64,000 nt of DNA, taken from assembly GCA_016716905.1 (NCBI GenBank), contig JADJUS010000003.1, forward strand, positions 723,710 through 787,709. Direction: 5' to 3'. The stretch's first letter is position 1. The number at the start of each line of letters is the position of its first letter. Origin of the DNA: Acidobacteriota bacterium. Its GTDB lineage: Bacteria; Acidobacteriota; Vicinamibacteria; Vicinamibacterales; SCN-69-37. The notes under the pieces are model-generated. The model had not been told where the DNA came from. It was given only the letters and a program-made list of their open reading frames with translations, and searched no databases. A program made the translations under genes and the position numbers. Positions 45,391 through 56,498 of the stretch are shown in pieces.

Positions 45391-46376
45391 GTACCTTGCC
45401 GCCAGCCGTCCTCGGCCTCGTGGCCGGCGTGGGCATGCTGCTGTTTGTCATCGGTCTCGTGACCTACGTGACGTTGCTCGAGCGCAAGTTTGCGGCCCGC
45501 ATGCAGTCGCGCATCGGCCCGTATCGCGTTGGCTGGCACGGCATCCTGCAGCCGATCGCCGACGCCGTGAAGCTGATGATGAAGGAAGACATCGTGCCGC
45601 GCGAGGCGGACAAGCGCATCTTCAATCTGGCGCCTGTCATCTTTCTTGTGCCGTGCCTGTTGATCTTTGCGACCATCCCGTTCGCGCCCGGCCTGGGCGT
45701 AGCCGACCTCAACATCGGCATCCTGTTCTTCCTGGCCGTGTCGTCCATGGAAATTGTCGGCCTGTTCATGGCCGGCTGGAGTTCCAATAACAAATACGCG
45801 CTGATCTCCGCGATGCGCGCGGTCAACCAGATCATTTCCTACGACCTGCCGTTCCTGCTCGCCGCGCTGATTCCCGTCATCCTGACCGGGTCGTTGCGCC
45901 TGTCGGACATTGCGCTGGCGCAGGATGGCCTGTGGTTCATTGCGTATCCGGTGCTGGGCCAGTTGGGCTTCCTCGCGTTTGTCATCGCCAGCGTCGCCGC
46001 CGAGAACCGTGTGCCGTTCGACATTCTCGAGGCAGAATCTGAACTCGTCGCCGGATTCCGGGTGGAGTACTCGGGCATGAAGTTCGCGCTGATTCAGCTC
46101 GGCGAATATGCCCACGTGCTGGGCACATCCTTCCTCGGCGCCTTGCTGTTTCTGGGCGCGTGGGCCGGTCCCGGACCCGAGTGGCTCGGGCCCGTGTGGT
46201 TCCTGCTCAAGGCCCTGGCCATGTTCATGCTGATCACCTGGATCCGGTGGAGCTTCATCCGCATCCGCGTGGACCAGATCCTGCAAATTTCCTGGAAGCT
46301 GTTACTGCCCCTGACGATGCTGCTCGTGATTGTGACGTCCATCGTCGTTGTCTGGAGGAGTGGGCCCGGTGTCTGA
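45387..46376 (+). CDS. nuoH: Subunit H
   Basis: ERK-x-x-A-x-MQ-x-R-x-GP, QP-x-ADA-x-KL-x-x-KE, SNNKYA, NR-x-PFD-x-x-EAESELV-x-G, EYSG, R-x-R-x-DQ. Confidence 0.95.
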   Translation: MSTLPPAVLGLVAGVGMLLFVIGLVTYVTLLERKFAARMQSRIGPYRVGWHGILQPIADAVKLMMKEDIVPREADKRIFNLAPVIFLVPCLLIFATIPFAPGLGVADLNIGILFFLAVSSMEIVGLFMAGWSSNNKYALISAMRAVNQIISYDLPFLLAALIPVILTGSLRLSDIALAQDGLWFIAYPVLGQLGFLAFVIASVAAENRVPFDILEAESELVAGFRVEYSGMKFALIQLGEYAHVLGTSFLGALLFLGAWAGPGPEWLGPVWFLLKALAMFMLITWIRWSFIRIRVDQILQISWKLLLPLTMLLVIVTSIVVVWRSGPGV

Positions 46377-46929
46377 GACAAAGCCCGGCTTCCTTCGTGA
46401 GACGGCACAGCTGGCCGGAGCGGTCTACCGCGCGATGCGGGTGACCTTCATCAATCTGCTGCGCAAGCCGGTGACGGTGCATTATCCCGACCGGCCGCGT
46501 GTGTATCCCGACCGGTACCGCGGACTGCTCGCGTTGACGTATCACCCGGAAACCGGTGAGGAAAACTGCATCGGGTGCCGGCTGTGCGAATTTGTGTGTC
46601 CGCCGCAGGTGATTCAGGTGGAGATGCTGAAGGCGGAAGGCCGCAACTATGCGAAGGCCTTCACGCTGGAGCTGTACGCCTGCGAATTCTGCGAGTTGTG
46701 CGTGCAGGTCTGTCCGACCGACGCGATCATCATGATGAAGTCGTTCGATATGGCCACGGCCGATCGGCGCGAGCTGCTGCTCGACAAGGACCGCCTGCAC
46801 CAAATCGGCGAGCAGTTCGAGCCCTCGTGGGCCACCGGCAACCGGTTGCGCGATATGCAGGCGCCCCCGAAGAAGCCGGTCGCTGAGAAAGCGGCGACTC
46901 CAGCAGCCGGCGCGGGAGGGGAGTCATGA
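46369..46929 (+). CDS. nuoI: Subunit I (2x[4Fe-4S])
   Basis: CIGCRLCEFVCP and CEFCELCVQVCP; RBS GGAGGAG before the GTG at 46369. Confidence 0.94.
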   Translation: MSETKPGFLRETAQLAGAVYRAMRVTFINLLRKPVTVHYPDRPRVYPDRYRGLLALTYHPETGEENCIGCRLCEFVCPPQVIQVEMLKAEGRNYAKAFTLELYACEFCELCVQVCPTDAIIMMKSFDMATADRRELLLDKDRLHQIGEQFEPSWATGNRLRDMQAPPKKPVAEKAATPAAGAGGES

Positions 46930-47420
46930 CGCTGGAAGTGGTGGCGTTCTGGGTGCTCGCCGTCCTGCTGGTGGGATCGGCACTGGCGGTGGTGCTGACC
47001 AAGAACCTGTTTCATTCGGTGCTGTGGCTCGCGCTCGCGCTGACGGGCACCGCCGGCATCTTCCTGATGCTCGAGGCCGAGTTCCTCGCAGGTGTGCAGA
47101 TTCTGCTGTACGCCGGTGGCGTGGTGACGGTCGTGGTGTTTGCCATCGTGGTGACGGAACGCCTGGTCGGCACGCGCCTGGCGCACACCAGCCGGCGTTT
47201 GCTGGCAGGCGGAGCGGTGGCGGCGGTGTTCCTCGGCGTGATGCTGGACATCCTGGCTCGCGCGCCGCTCGCGCCCGTGATGATTCCCATGGGAGCCGAC
47301 CCCACCAAACTCATCGGCATGGCGCTGATGACCCGGTTCCTGTTGCCATTTGAACTTTTGGCGGTCCTGTTGCTGGTGTCGTTGCTGGCGGCGAGTTATC
47401 TCGCAAGGCCGGAGGAATAG
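46926..47420 (+). CDS. nuoJ: Subunit J
   Basis: N-x-x-HSVL-x-L, AEFLA-x-x-QILLYAGGV, PFELL. Confidence 0.92.
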   Translation: MTLEVVAFWVLAVLLVGSALAVVLTKNLFHSVLWLALALTGTAGIFLMLEAEFLAGVQILLYAGGVVTVVVFAIVVTERLVGTRLAHTSRRLLAGGAVAAVFLGVMLDILARAPLAPVMIPMGADPTKLIGMALMTRFLLPFELLAVLLLVSLLAASYLARPEE

Positions 47421-47422
47421 CC

Positions 47423-47718
47423 ATGGGACTGTCTGCCTATCTGGCGCTTGCCGCGGTCATTTTCTCCATTGGGCTCTTCGGCGTGATGACGCGCCGGAAT
47501 ACCGTGGGCATCCTGCTGGGCATCGAACTGATGCTCAATGCCGTCAACATCAATCTGGTGGCGTTCAGCCGGTTTCACGGTGACGTCACCGGCATGGTGC
47601 TGACCGTGTTTGCGATTTGCATCACGGTGGCCGAGGTCGCGCTCGGCCTCGCGATTGTCATTCTGTTGTTCCGCACGCGTCGTACGGCGATGGCCGACCA
47701 CGTGGACTGGTTGAAGGG

Positions 47719-47722
<4 letters not shown>
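47423..47722 (+). CDS. nuoK: Subunit K
   Basis: RRN, IELMLNAVN, VAE-x-ALGLAI; 99 aa. Confidence 0.94.
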
Positions 47723-49550
<1,828 letters not shown>

Positions 49551-49554
<4 letters not shown>

Positions 49555-51086
49555 CCGGCTGGCCAGTCCTTTCGATCCTCACCTGGGCGCCGTTTGCGAG
49601 CGCCCTGCTGATCATGGGCTTCGGGCGGTCGCGCCCGGGCTTTGTGCGGTGGACCGCGTTGCTCGGTACGGCCGTGTCGATGGTCTGCGCGTTGTGGCTC
49701 TACGCCAACTACGATTTGGCCGCGGCGGGATTCCAATTCTACGAGGAGTTGCCGCTGGTGCCGTCCATGGGGATCACCTACCAGCTCGCCATCGACGGGA
49801 TGAGCCTGGTGATGGTGTTGCTGACGGCGATCATCATCCTGGCAGGCGTCTTCGCTTCGTGGACGGTCAAGACCCGCGATCAGGAGTTCTATGCGCTGCT
49901 GCTGCTCCTGGTGACGGGCGTCTTCGGCGTGTTCGTCTCGCTCGACCTGTTCGTCTTTTTCCTGTTTTACGAAATCGCCGTATTGCCGATGTACCTGCTG
50001 ATCGGCATCTGGGGATCGAGCGGGGAAGTGCGTCCGCAGGGGGTGTTCGGCTGGGCGTTCGGCCGCACCGGCGTGGGCACCAAGGAATACGCGGCGATGA
50101 AGCTCACGCTGTACCTGCTCTTTGGGTCGGCGTTCATTCTGGTGGGCATGCTGGCGTTGTATGTGGCCGCCGGTTCCACGTCATTCTCACTGCTCGCCCT
50201 CGAAGCCGTGGAGTTCGACCCCGGGCTTCAGTCGTGGGTGTTCCTGGCGTTTTACATCGGGTTCGGCATCCTGGCGGCCATCTTCCCCTTCCATACATGG
50301 TCGCCGGACGGCCATGCGTCGGCGCCGACCGCGGTTTCAATGCTGCACGCCGGCGTGTTGATGAAGCTTGGCGCCTACGGCGTGGTGCGCCTGGGCATGG
50401 GACTGCTCCCGGAGGCCACGCAACAGTGGGCCTGGCTTGTGGGCACCATCGCCTGCATCAACATCGTCTACGGCGCGCTGAGCGCCATGGCGCAGAAAGA
50501 CCTGAAGTACGTCATCGCGTATTCGTCGGTCTCGCACATGGGCATCGTGATGCTGGGCGCGGCCACACTCACCGAGAGCGGGTTGAACGGCGCGGTCTTT
50601 CAGATGTTCGCGCACGGCATCATGACCGGCCTGTTCTTCGCGCTGGTCGGGCTCGTCTACGAAAAAGCGCACTCGCGCGACATCTTCAGCATGGGCGGTT
50701 TTGCCACCATGATGCCGGGCATTGCCGTGGCCTTCACGATTGGTGGCCTGTCGTCGCTGGGGCTGCCCGCGACGGCCGGTTTCGTCGCAGAGTTCCTGAC
50801 GTTCCTGGGGGCGTGGTCGTCGGCCCATTCCTGGTGGTTGTTCCCGGCCGTGATTGGCGCGTTCCTGACGTCGCTGTATGTCCTGCGCGTCGTGCGCGCG
50901 ATCTTCTGGGGCCCGAAGAGCACCAATCCGCATTTCCAGAACCTGCCAGACGCACAGGGCACCGAATGGGTGGCCATTGTGATTCTGGTGGGCGCGCTGG
51001 TGTTGTTTGGCGTGTTGCCGGGTCTGGCGCTGACACCGATTGACGTCAGCACCGTGCCGTTGCTGATGCGCCTGGGGGTGCTGTGA
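49551..51086 (+). CDS. nuoM: Subunit M (antiporter-like)
   Basis: IDG-x-S, FYE-x-x-x-LPMY, PFHTW-x-PD-x-H-x-x-APT, KLG-x-YG, IAYSSVSHMG, LGLP-x-x-x-GF-x-x-EF. Confidence 0.95.
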
Positions 51087-51100
51087 TGGGAGGACACGCG

Positions 51101-52528
51101 ATGGATCCTTCCTGGCCCCTCATGATTGAAGGCTGGCTGTTCGCGCTGTTGCTGGTGGTGTTTGTCCTCGGCCTCCTCAGGCGGCAGGCAAACGATGCAT
51201 TGGCGGGGTGGATCACGCTGGCAGGCCTGGTGGGCATTTCTGTGGCCGCCTGGAATGCGGAGCCCGGTCGGGTGGCGCTTGAAGGCACGTTTGTGCTCGA
51301 CGAGTTGTCGCTGTTTGGCAAGCGCCTGTTCCTGGTGGCCAGTGTGCTGAGTGTGCTGGCCACGCAGGCGATGACCCACGCGTCGTTCCGGAGGCGCGGC
51401 ACCGAGTACTACGTGGCGTTCCTCGCGTCGCTGCTGGGGATGCTCGTGCTGGCATCCGCGCGCGACCTGATCGTGTTGTTTGTCGCGTTTGAGTTGATGT
51501 CGATTCCGCTGTATTTCCTGACGGGGTTCCTGAAAGGCGACAAGGCCGCGCCTGAAGGCGCGATGAAGTTCTTCCTCGTCGGCAGCATCTCGTCGGCGGT
51601 CATTCTGTACGGACTGTCGTTTGTGTATGGCGCGGCCGGCACCACTGATATGTCAGCCATCCCGCCACTGGTGGCGACGGCGAATCCGCTGATGTTGCTC
51701 GGGCTCGCGCTGATGCTGGGCGGCCTCGGGTTCAAGATTGCAGCGGTGCCATTCCATATGTGGGTGCCCGACACCTACGAGGCCGCGAACACGCCGTTCG
51801 TCGCGTGGATATCCATCGCGCCGAAGACGGCCGGGTTCCTCGCCATCTTCCGCCTCTATGTGGAAGGTGTGGGCGAGGGGGCAGTCCTCTGGGTGCCGAT
51901 CGTGTCTGTGCTGGCCGGAGTGACCATCGTTGCCGGCAACCTGATGGCCATTCCGCAGTCCAACATCAAGCGGCTGCTCGCGTACTCCGGCGTGGCGCAC
52001 ATCGGATATCTGCTGCTGGGCCTGGCTGCCATGTCGGTGTCGGGCGTGGGGATGGTGCTGTTTTATCTGGTGGCGTACCTCTTCGGCAACATGGGTGCAT
52101 TTTTCGTGGTGCAGGCCGTGGCGGCGTCGGAGGGCAGCGACGAGATTGAGAAGTACCAGGGTCTGGCGCGCCGGTCGCCGGTGTTGGCGCTGAGCCTGTT
52201 GCTCTTCCTGTTGTCGCTGGGCGGCATCCCGTTCATGGCCGGGTTCTGGGCCAAGCTCTTCATCTTCTGGGCCGTGGTGGAGCAGGGGATGTACTGGCTC
52301 GCGTTTCTGGGTGCCGTACTCACGGTGGTGGCGCTCTACTACTACCTGGTGGTGGCGCGGCGGATGTACATCGAGGCGCCCACGAACCCTGCGCCCATTC
52401 CCGTTCCCGCGGTGCTGATGGTGGCCATCGGCGGATGTGTGGCCGGCATTCTCATCATGGGCGTCTATCCAGAGCCGTGGGTGCGCGCGTTCATGCGCGT
52501 GGCGATGACGCTCTTTTCGACCATCTGA
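51101..52528 (+). CDS. nuoN: Subunit N (antiporter-like)
   Basis: FELMSIPLY, EG-x-x-K-x-F, GFKIAAVPFH-x-W-x-PD-x-YE, NIKRLLAYS-x-x-AH-x-GY, GIP-x-x-AGF-x-x-K; RBS GGAGG before the ATG at 51101. Confidence 0.95.
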   Translation: MDPSWPLMIEGWLFALLLVVFVLGLLRRQANDALAGWITLAGLVGISVAAWNAEPGRVALEGTFVLDELSLFGKRLFLVASVLSVLATQAMTHASFRRRGTEYYVAFLASLLGMLVLASARDLIVLFVAFELMSIPLYFLTGFLKGDKAAPEGAMKFFLVGSISSAVILYGLSFVYGAAGTTDMSAIPPLVATANPLMLLGLALMLGGLGFKIAAVPFHMWVPDTYEAANTPFVAWISIAPKTAGFLAIFRLYVEGVGEGAVLWVPIVSVLAGVTIVAGNLMAIPQSNIKRLLAYSGVAHIGYLLLGLAAMSVSGVGMVLFYLVAYLFGNMGAFFVVQAVAASEGSDEIEKYQGLARRSPVLALSLLLFLLSLGGIPFMAGFWAKLFIFWAVVEQGMYWLAFLGAVLTVVALYYYLVVARRMYIEAPTNPAPIPVPAVLMVAIGGCVAGILIMGVYPEPWVRAFMRVAMTLFSTI

Positions 52529-52554
52529 ATGGTCAGCGCTCGACACAGTTGTCG

Positions 52555-52582
52555 GTGACGGACGATTTCGGTCGGCCGTCAC
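52555..52582 (+). terminator. Hairpin with a TTCG loop after nuoN (possible terminator or stabiliser; no U-tract)
   Basis: GTGACGG...CCGTCAC stem enclosing ACGAT-TTCG-GTCGG. Confidence 0.3.
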
Positions 52583-52676
52583 GGGATTGGTGATCGAAAG
52601 AAGTGTGCGTCGCCTGCTGAGCGTTAAGGCACATGTCTTGCAGAGTCTTTGGAGACTCAGAGTAGGAGCCCGCGTT

Positions 52677-54896
52677 ATGAAGGCATCATCGGTCGTCGTT
52701 TGTTCCCTTGCCGCTGCAGTGATACTTGCGGCGGTGCCCGATTCGCGGCTCGAAGCACAGGGCCAGAGTGGAGCTCAGGGCCCGCCCGAGTGGGTGGCGG
52801 CCCTGCGGCACGACACGTCGAGGCCGTTGCGGGACACCCTGCCGACGCCTTCGGTGAGCACTCGCCAGGATTTCAGGGTGAAGCAGGCTCCGCCGACGCC
52901 ACAGGCCAACGAGTCCGATCAGGTGGTGCAGCGTTTCCAGACGTCGGCGCTGGCGTCCACGCCAGGCATCGGCTTCGACGGTGTGGGAGAAGGTAATTCA
53001 CAGTTTGCCTACAACGTGAATTCCGCTCCACCCGATACCACGGGTGAGGCGGGCCTGACGCAGTATGTGCAGTGGGTCAATTCATCCTTCGCCGTGTTCG
53101 ACAAGGCCACAGGGACCAAGCTGTACGGGCCGGCCGGCGGGAACACCATCTGGGCGGGGTTTGGCGGCGATTGTGAGACGCGGAATGACGGCGACCCGAT
53201 CGTCCAGTACGATCAGTTGGCGGACCGATGGGTCATGACGCAGTTTTCACTGCGTTCCGGCGGCTACCTGCAGTGTGTGGCGGTGTCGCAGACGTCAGAC
53301 GCGCTGGGCGCCTGGCATAGATACGCCTTTCCGTATACCCAGTTTCCTGACTATCCGAAGCTCGCGGTGTGGCCAGATGGCTACTACATCACCTTCAACA
53401 TGTTTGGAGCGACTGGTTCCTCGTTTACCGGCGGGCGCGTGTGCGCCTACGATCGCGCGAAGATGCTGGTCGGCCAGCCCGCCACCCAGATTTGTTACCA
53501 GAACACGTCTTACCCATCACCGCTGCCTTCGGATCTGGAAGGGAAGGCGCTGCCGCCTGCCGGCACACCCAACTACGTGTTGAGCAGGGGCGGCAGTACG
53601 TCCCTGAACCTGTATCGATTCAAGCCGGACTTCGCGACGCCAGGGAATTCAACGTTTACCGGTCCGACGGTGATCTCCGTCAGTGGGTACACGACGGCCA
53701 CCACGGGCGTTCCGCAGGCCAATACGAGCCAGAGGCTCGACACACTTGGCGACCGCCTGATGTACCGGCTGAGCTATCGGAATCTCGGAGCCCGCCAGTC
53801 TCTCCTGGTGAATCACTCGGTGGCGGTCGGTGTCTCACCAAACATTGTCACCGGCATCCGCTGGTATGAGCTGGACATCACGAACAACGCGCCAAGCGTC
53901 CGTCAACAGTCGACTTTTTCTCCAGACACTTTGCACCGCTGGATGGGGAGCATCGCCATGGACCAGGTCGGCAACATCGCACTCGGGTATTCAACGAGCA
54001 GTGCGACGACAAGGCCATCAATTATGTTCGCGGGGCGCGAAACCATCGATCCCTTGAACACGCTCAGTGTAGACAATACCCTCAAGGTCGGTGGCGGTTC
54101 GCAGACCACGGGACTGTCTCGCTGGGGCGATTACAGCACCATGGCCGTTGACCCGGTGGATGATTGCACATTCTGGTTCACGAGCGAATACCTTCAGACC
54201 AACGGTACGTTCAACTGGAGCACGCGCGTAGGGTCATTCAAGTTTTCATCGTGCTCCGGCTCAGGGGAGCCGCCCGCACCGTCGTTTGCGTTGTCAGCCA
54301 CACCGTCGAGTCGCAGCATTGTTCAGGGCCAGTCCACGACGTTTAACGCCACGGTCACCGGCCTGAACAGCTACATTGGTGGGGGAACGTTCACTGTGAC
54401 GGGGCTCCCGTCATTCGCCACCGGGACTTTCGTGCCGCCAAGCTACAGCGGTGGGGCAGGCACATCCACGCTCACAGTCACGACGGCGACCAACACGCCG
54501 GCGGGCTCCTACCCGTTGACGATCGCGGCGACGGACGCACCCAATGCGCTGGTGCAGTCCACGATCGTCACGCTGACGGTGAGCCCGATTCCGGTGCCCG
54601 ATTTCACGGTTGCAGCATCGCCTGCCAGCCGCACGGTCAAGCGCGGCAGGTCCACCACATACGGCGTCACCGTGACGCCCTCTGGCGGCTTCAGTGAGAC
54701 CGTCGCGTTCAGCGTCACGGGATGCCCCTCGGGGTCGTCGTGCGTATTTTCGCCGGGGAACGTGACCGGCGGAGGTACGTCGACACTGACCGTGGTGACG
54801 AGCTCATCAACACCCCGCACGACCTACACACTCGGAATCACGGGGGCCAGCATCTCCAGGACGCGCAATGCCACGGTGTCGCTGAAGGTGCAGTAG
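52677..54896 (+). CDS. Large secreted protein: uncharacterised N-terminal beta-rich domain plus two Ser/Thr-rich Ig-like C-terminal modules
   Basis: Signal peptide MKASS...LEAQ with RBS AGGAG; motifs PPD-x-x-G, YVQWVN, DP-x-x-x-YD-x-x-ADRW, DYPK, RWGDY; two F-x-x-x-A-x-P-x-S-x-x-x-x-x-G-x-S repeats. Confidence 0.8.
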   Translation: MKASSVVVCSLAAAVILAAVPDSRLEAQGQSGAQGPPEWVAALRHDTSRPLRDTLPTPSVSTRQDFRVKQAPPTPQANESDQVVQRFQTSALASTPGIGFDGVGEGNSQFAYNVNSAPPDTTGEAGLTQYVQWVNSSFAVFDKATGTKLYGPAGGNTIWAGFGGDCETRNDGDPIVQYDQLADRWVMTQFSLRSGGYLQCVAVSQTSDALGAWHRYAFPYTQFPDYPKLAVWPDGYYITFNMFGATGSSFTGGRVCAYDRAKMLVGQPATQICYQNTSYPSPLPSDLEGKALPPAGTPNYVLSRGGSTSLNLYRFKPDFATPGNSTFTGPTVISVSGYTTATTGVPQANTSQRLDTLGDRLMYRLSYRNLGARQSLLVNHSVAVGVSPNIVTGIRWYELDITNNAPSVRQQSTFSPDTLHRWMGSIAMDQVGNIALGYSTSSATTRPSIMFAGRETIDPLNTLSVDNTLKVGGGSQTTGLSRWGDYSTMAVDPVDDCTFWFTSEYLQTNGTFNWSTRVGSFKFSSCSGSGEPPAPSFALSATPSSRSIVQGQSTTFNATVTGLNSYIGGGTFTVTGLPSFATGTFVPPSYSGGAGTSTLTVTTATNTPAGSYPLTIAATDAPNALVQSTIVTLTVSPIPVPDFTVAASPASRTVKRGRSTTYGVTVTPSGGFSETVAFSVTGCPSGSSCVFSPGNVTGGGTSTLTVVTSSSTPRTTYTLGITGASISRTRNATVSLKVQ

Positions 54897-54904
54897 AGGG
54901 TTGC

Positions 54905-55159
54905 TCAGGACGGCGCGACGCCGCCTTTGTCCTTTTGCCGTCTGGGTTCCTGATCGTAGCCGGCGCCTGGGCCGGTGCGATCGCCCACCTGTTCGTCTGT
55001 GGCGCCGATGCGGTCGTCACTTTCCTGACCGATCACCGGCTCGGGCTCTGGTTTCCTGGTTGACGGCTTGATGTCATCGGGAACGGGGGTGTGCTTCGCC
55101 ATAACCACAGTCTGACGGGTGGGCTCCGCCTGTGATGTCTCGTCTTGCACGGTGGTCAT
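54905..55159 (-). CDS. Small hydrophilic hypothetical protein
   Basis: Fills the gap between convergent and divergent neighbours; acidic and Pro-rich; start uncertain. Confidence 0.4.
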   Translation of the reverse strand: MTTVQDETSQAEPTRQTVVMAKHTPVPDDIKPSTRKPEPEPVIGQESDDRIGATDEQVGDRTGPGAGYDQEPRRQKDKGGVAPS

Positions 55160-55199
55160 CGCCCGCGAGGTGACAGGATCACAATCAGGAGAACAACTG

Positions 55200-55703
55200 A
55201 TGAAGATGATGAAACCTGCCGGTTGGGCGGGCGTGCTTGGCGTGTTTCTCGGCGTGACCGTCCATGGAGGCGTTCAAGACCGATCGGACGTGCCGGACGT
55301 GATGACCAAGACCATCACGGAGCAGCTCGACGACGAGATCCCTGGCTGGACCATGGTCAGCGCTCCCGCGTGTGGCCCTGCCGGGCCGGCCAGCGCTGAT
55401 ATTGACTCCGACAAATCACTGGACGTGGCAATGGTCGTGAACACCCCTGGAGGTGAGGCGCGCATCGTTGTGGTGTTGCCGCGCGTGGTCGGCGGGGCAG
55501 TGGTGCACGACCTGGGACCATTGGCCGCTGTGTCGGGCGCGACCCACGTGGTGGTGGTGCCATTGGGCACCGCGGTCCGGGACCCAGGTGCGATGTTCGA
55601 TGACTATCTCTCCGGACCGACGTTTGCAGCGGCGTCCTGTGAGAAGGCTCTGACGGCGTTTCCCTGGGCGGGCACGGGTTTTCGGCAGCGTCCCCTGAGG
55701 TAG
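55200..55703 (+). CDS. Hypothetical secreted protein
   Basis: RBS AGGAG, signal-peptide-like N-terminus, FG-GAP-like ADIDSD-x-x-x-D-x-A, two Cys. Confidence 0.6.
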   Translation: MKMMKPAGWAGVLGVFLGVTVHGGVQDRSDVPDVMTKTITEQLDDEIPGWTMVSAPACGPAGPASADIDSDKSLDVAMVVNTPGGEARIVVVLPRVVGGAVVHDLGPLAAVSGATHVVVVPLGTAVRDPGAMFDDYLSGPTFAAASCEKALTAFPWAGTGFRQRPLR

Positions 55704-56498
55704 TCAGCGCGTCTTGGTCACCACCGTTGCCAGCAGATAACCGTGGCGGCGCACGGCGGGCACCCGCGCATCGAGTTGCACGAAGGGCCACACCAGCGCG
55801 CCGGTGATCGCCGACAGCGGCCGGCACCACGAGTGGCAGGCAAGGTCCAGCATCCTCAGCCACCCGGGGATGAAGAGGATTGAGGTCTCGGCGACGACGG
55901 TGAAACCCGCGCGTTCGAGCATGGTCCGGAGCTTGCGCCGCGAATAGGATTTTTCGTAACCATAGGCATAAAGCCCCAGCCACTGCATGACCGTGGCCAG
56001 CGCCGGCCGCAGAAACGGGTCGTGGCGATTCGGCACACCGATGATGGCGCGCCCACCCGGCTTGAGGACGCGGGCCATCTCCGCCACCGCGCGCTCGGTG
56101 GCATCGAAGTGTTCGATCGTGCCCATCGAATAGACCGCATCAAAACTATCGTCCTTGAAGGGAATGTCCCGCACATCGCCGGCGACACCTTGCAGGGGCC
56201 GGGCGTTAGGCTGGCCCGCGAAGGCGGCGCGTGCCTGCCGGACGGTGGGTTCGGAGATGTCGATGCCGAAGGCACGCGCACCCTGCTGGGCGGCCCACAA
56301 GAGAATGCGGGTGTTCTTGGCCTCATCCCACAAGTCGGTTTTGAGAATCGTCAGCCCCTCAAGCGCAGGGAAATGCTCGGTGAAGAGCCGTTCTTCATTT
56401 TGCGCGTAGTAGCGCGTGGACGCGGCGCCGCCGAGGTCGGGAAAACCCTTGCCAACTCCTTCCCAGAAGTTCTGGTATTTGCGTGCTCGGGTGGTCAT
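55704..56498 (-). CDS. Class I SAM-dependent methyltransferase (Methyltransf_11-like) with an atypical motif I
   Basis: GIDIS, GDVRDIPF, SFDAVYS-x-G-x-IEH, RVLKPGG; ILKTDLWDEA occupies the usual LD-x-G-x-G-x-G position. Confidence 0.85.
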   Translation of the reverse strand: MTTRARKYQNFWEGVGKGFPDLGGAASTRYYAQNEERLFTEHFPALEGLTILKTDLWDEAKNTRILLWAAQQGARAFGIDISEPTVRQARAAFAGQPNARPLQGVAGDVRDIPFKDDSFDAVYSMGTIEHFDATERAVAEMARVLKPGGRAIIGVPNRHDPFLRPALATVMQWLGLYAYGYEKSYSRRKLRTMLERAGFTVVAETSILFIPGWLRMLDLACHSWCRPLSAITGALVWPFVQLDARVPAVRRHGYLLATVVTKTR

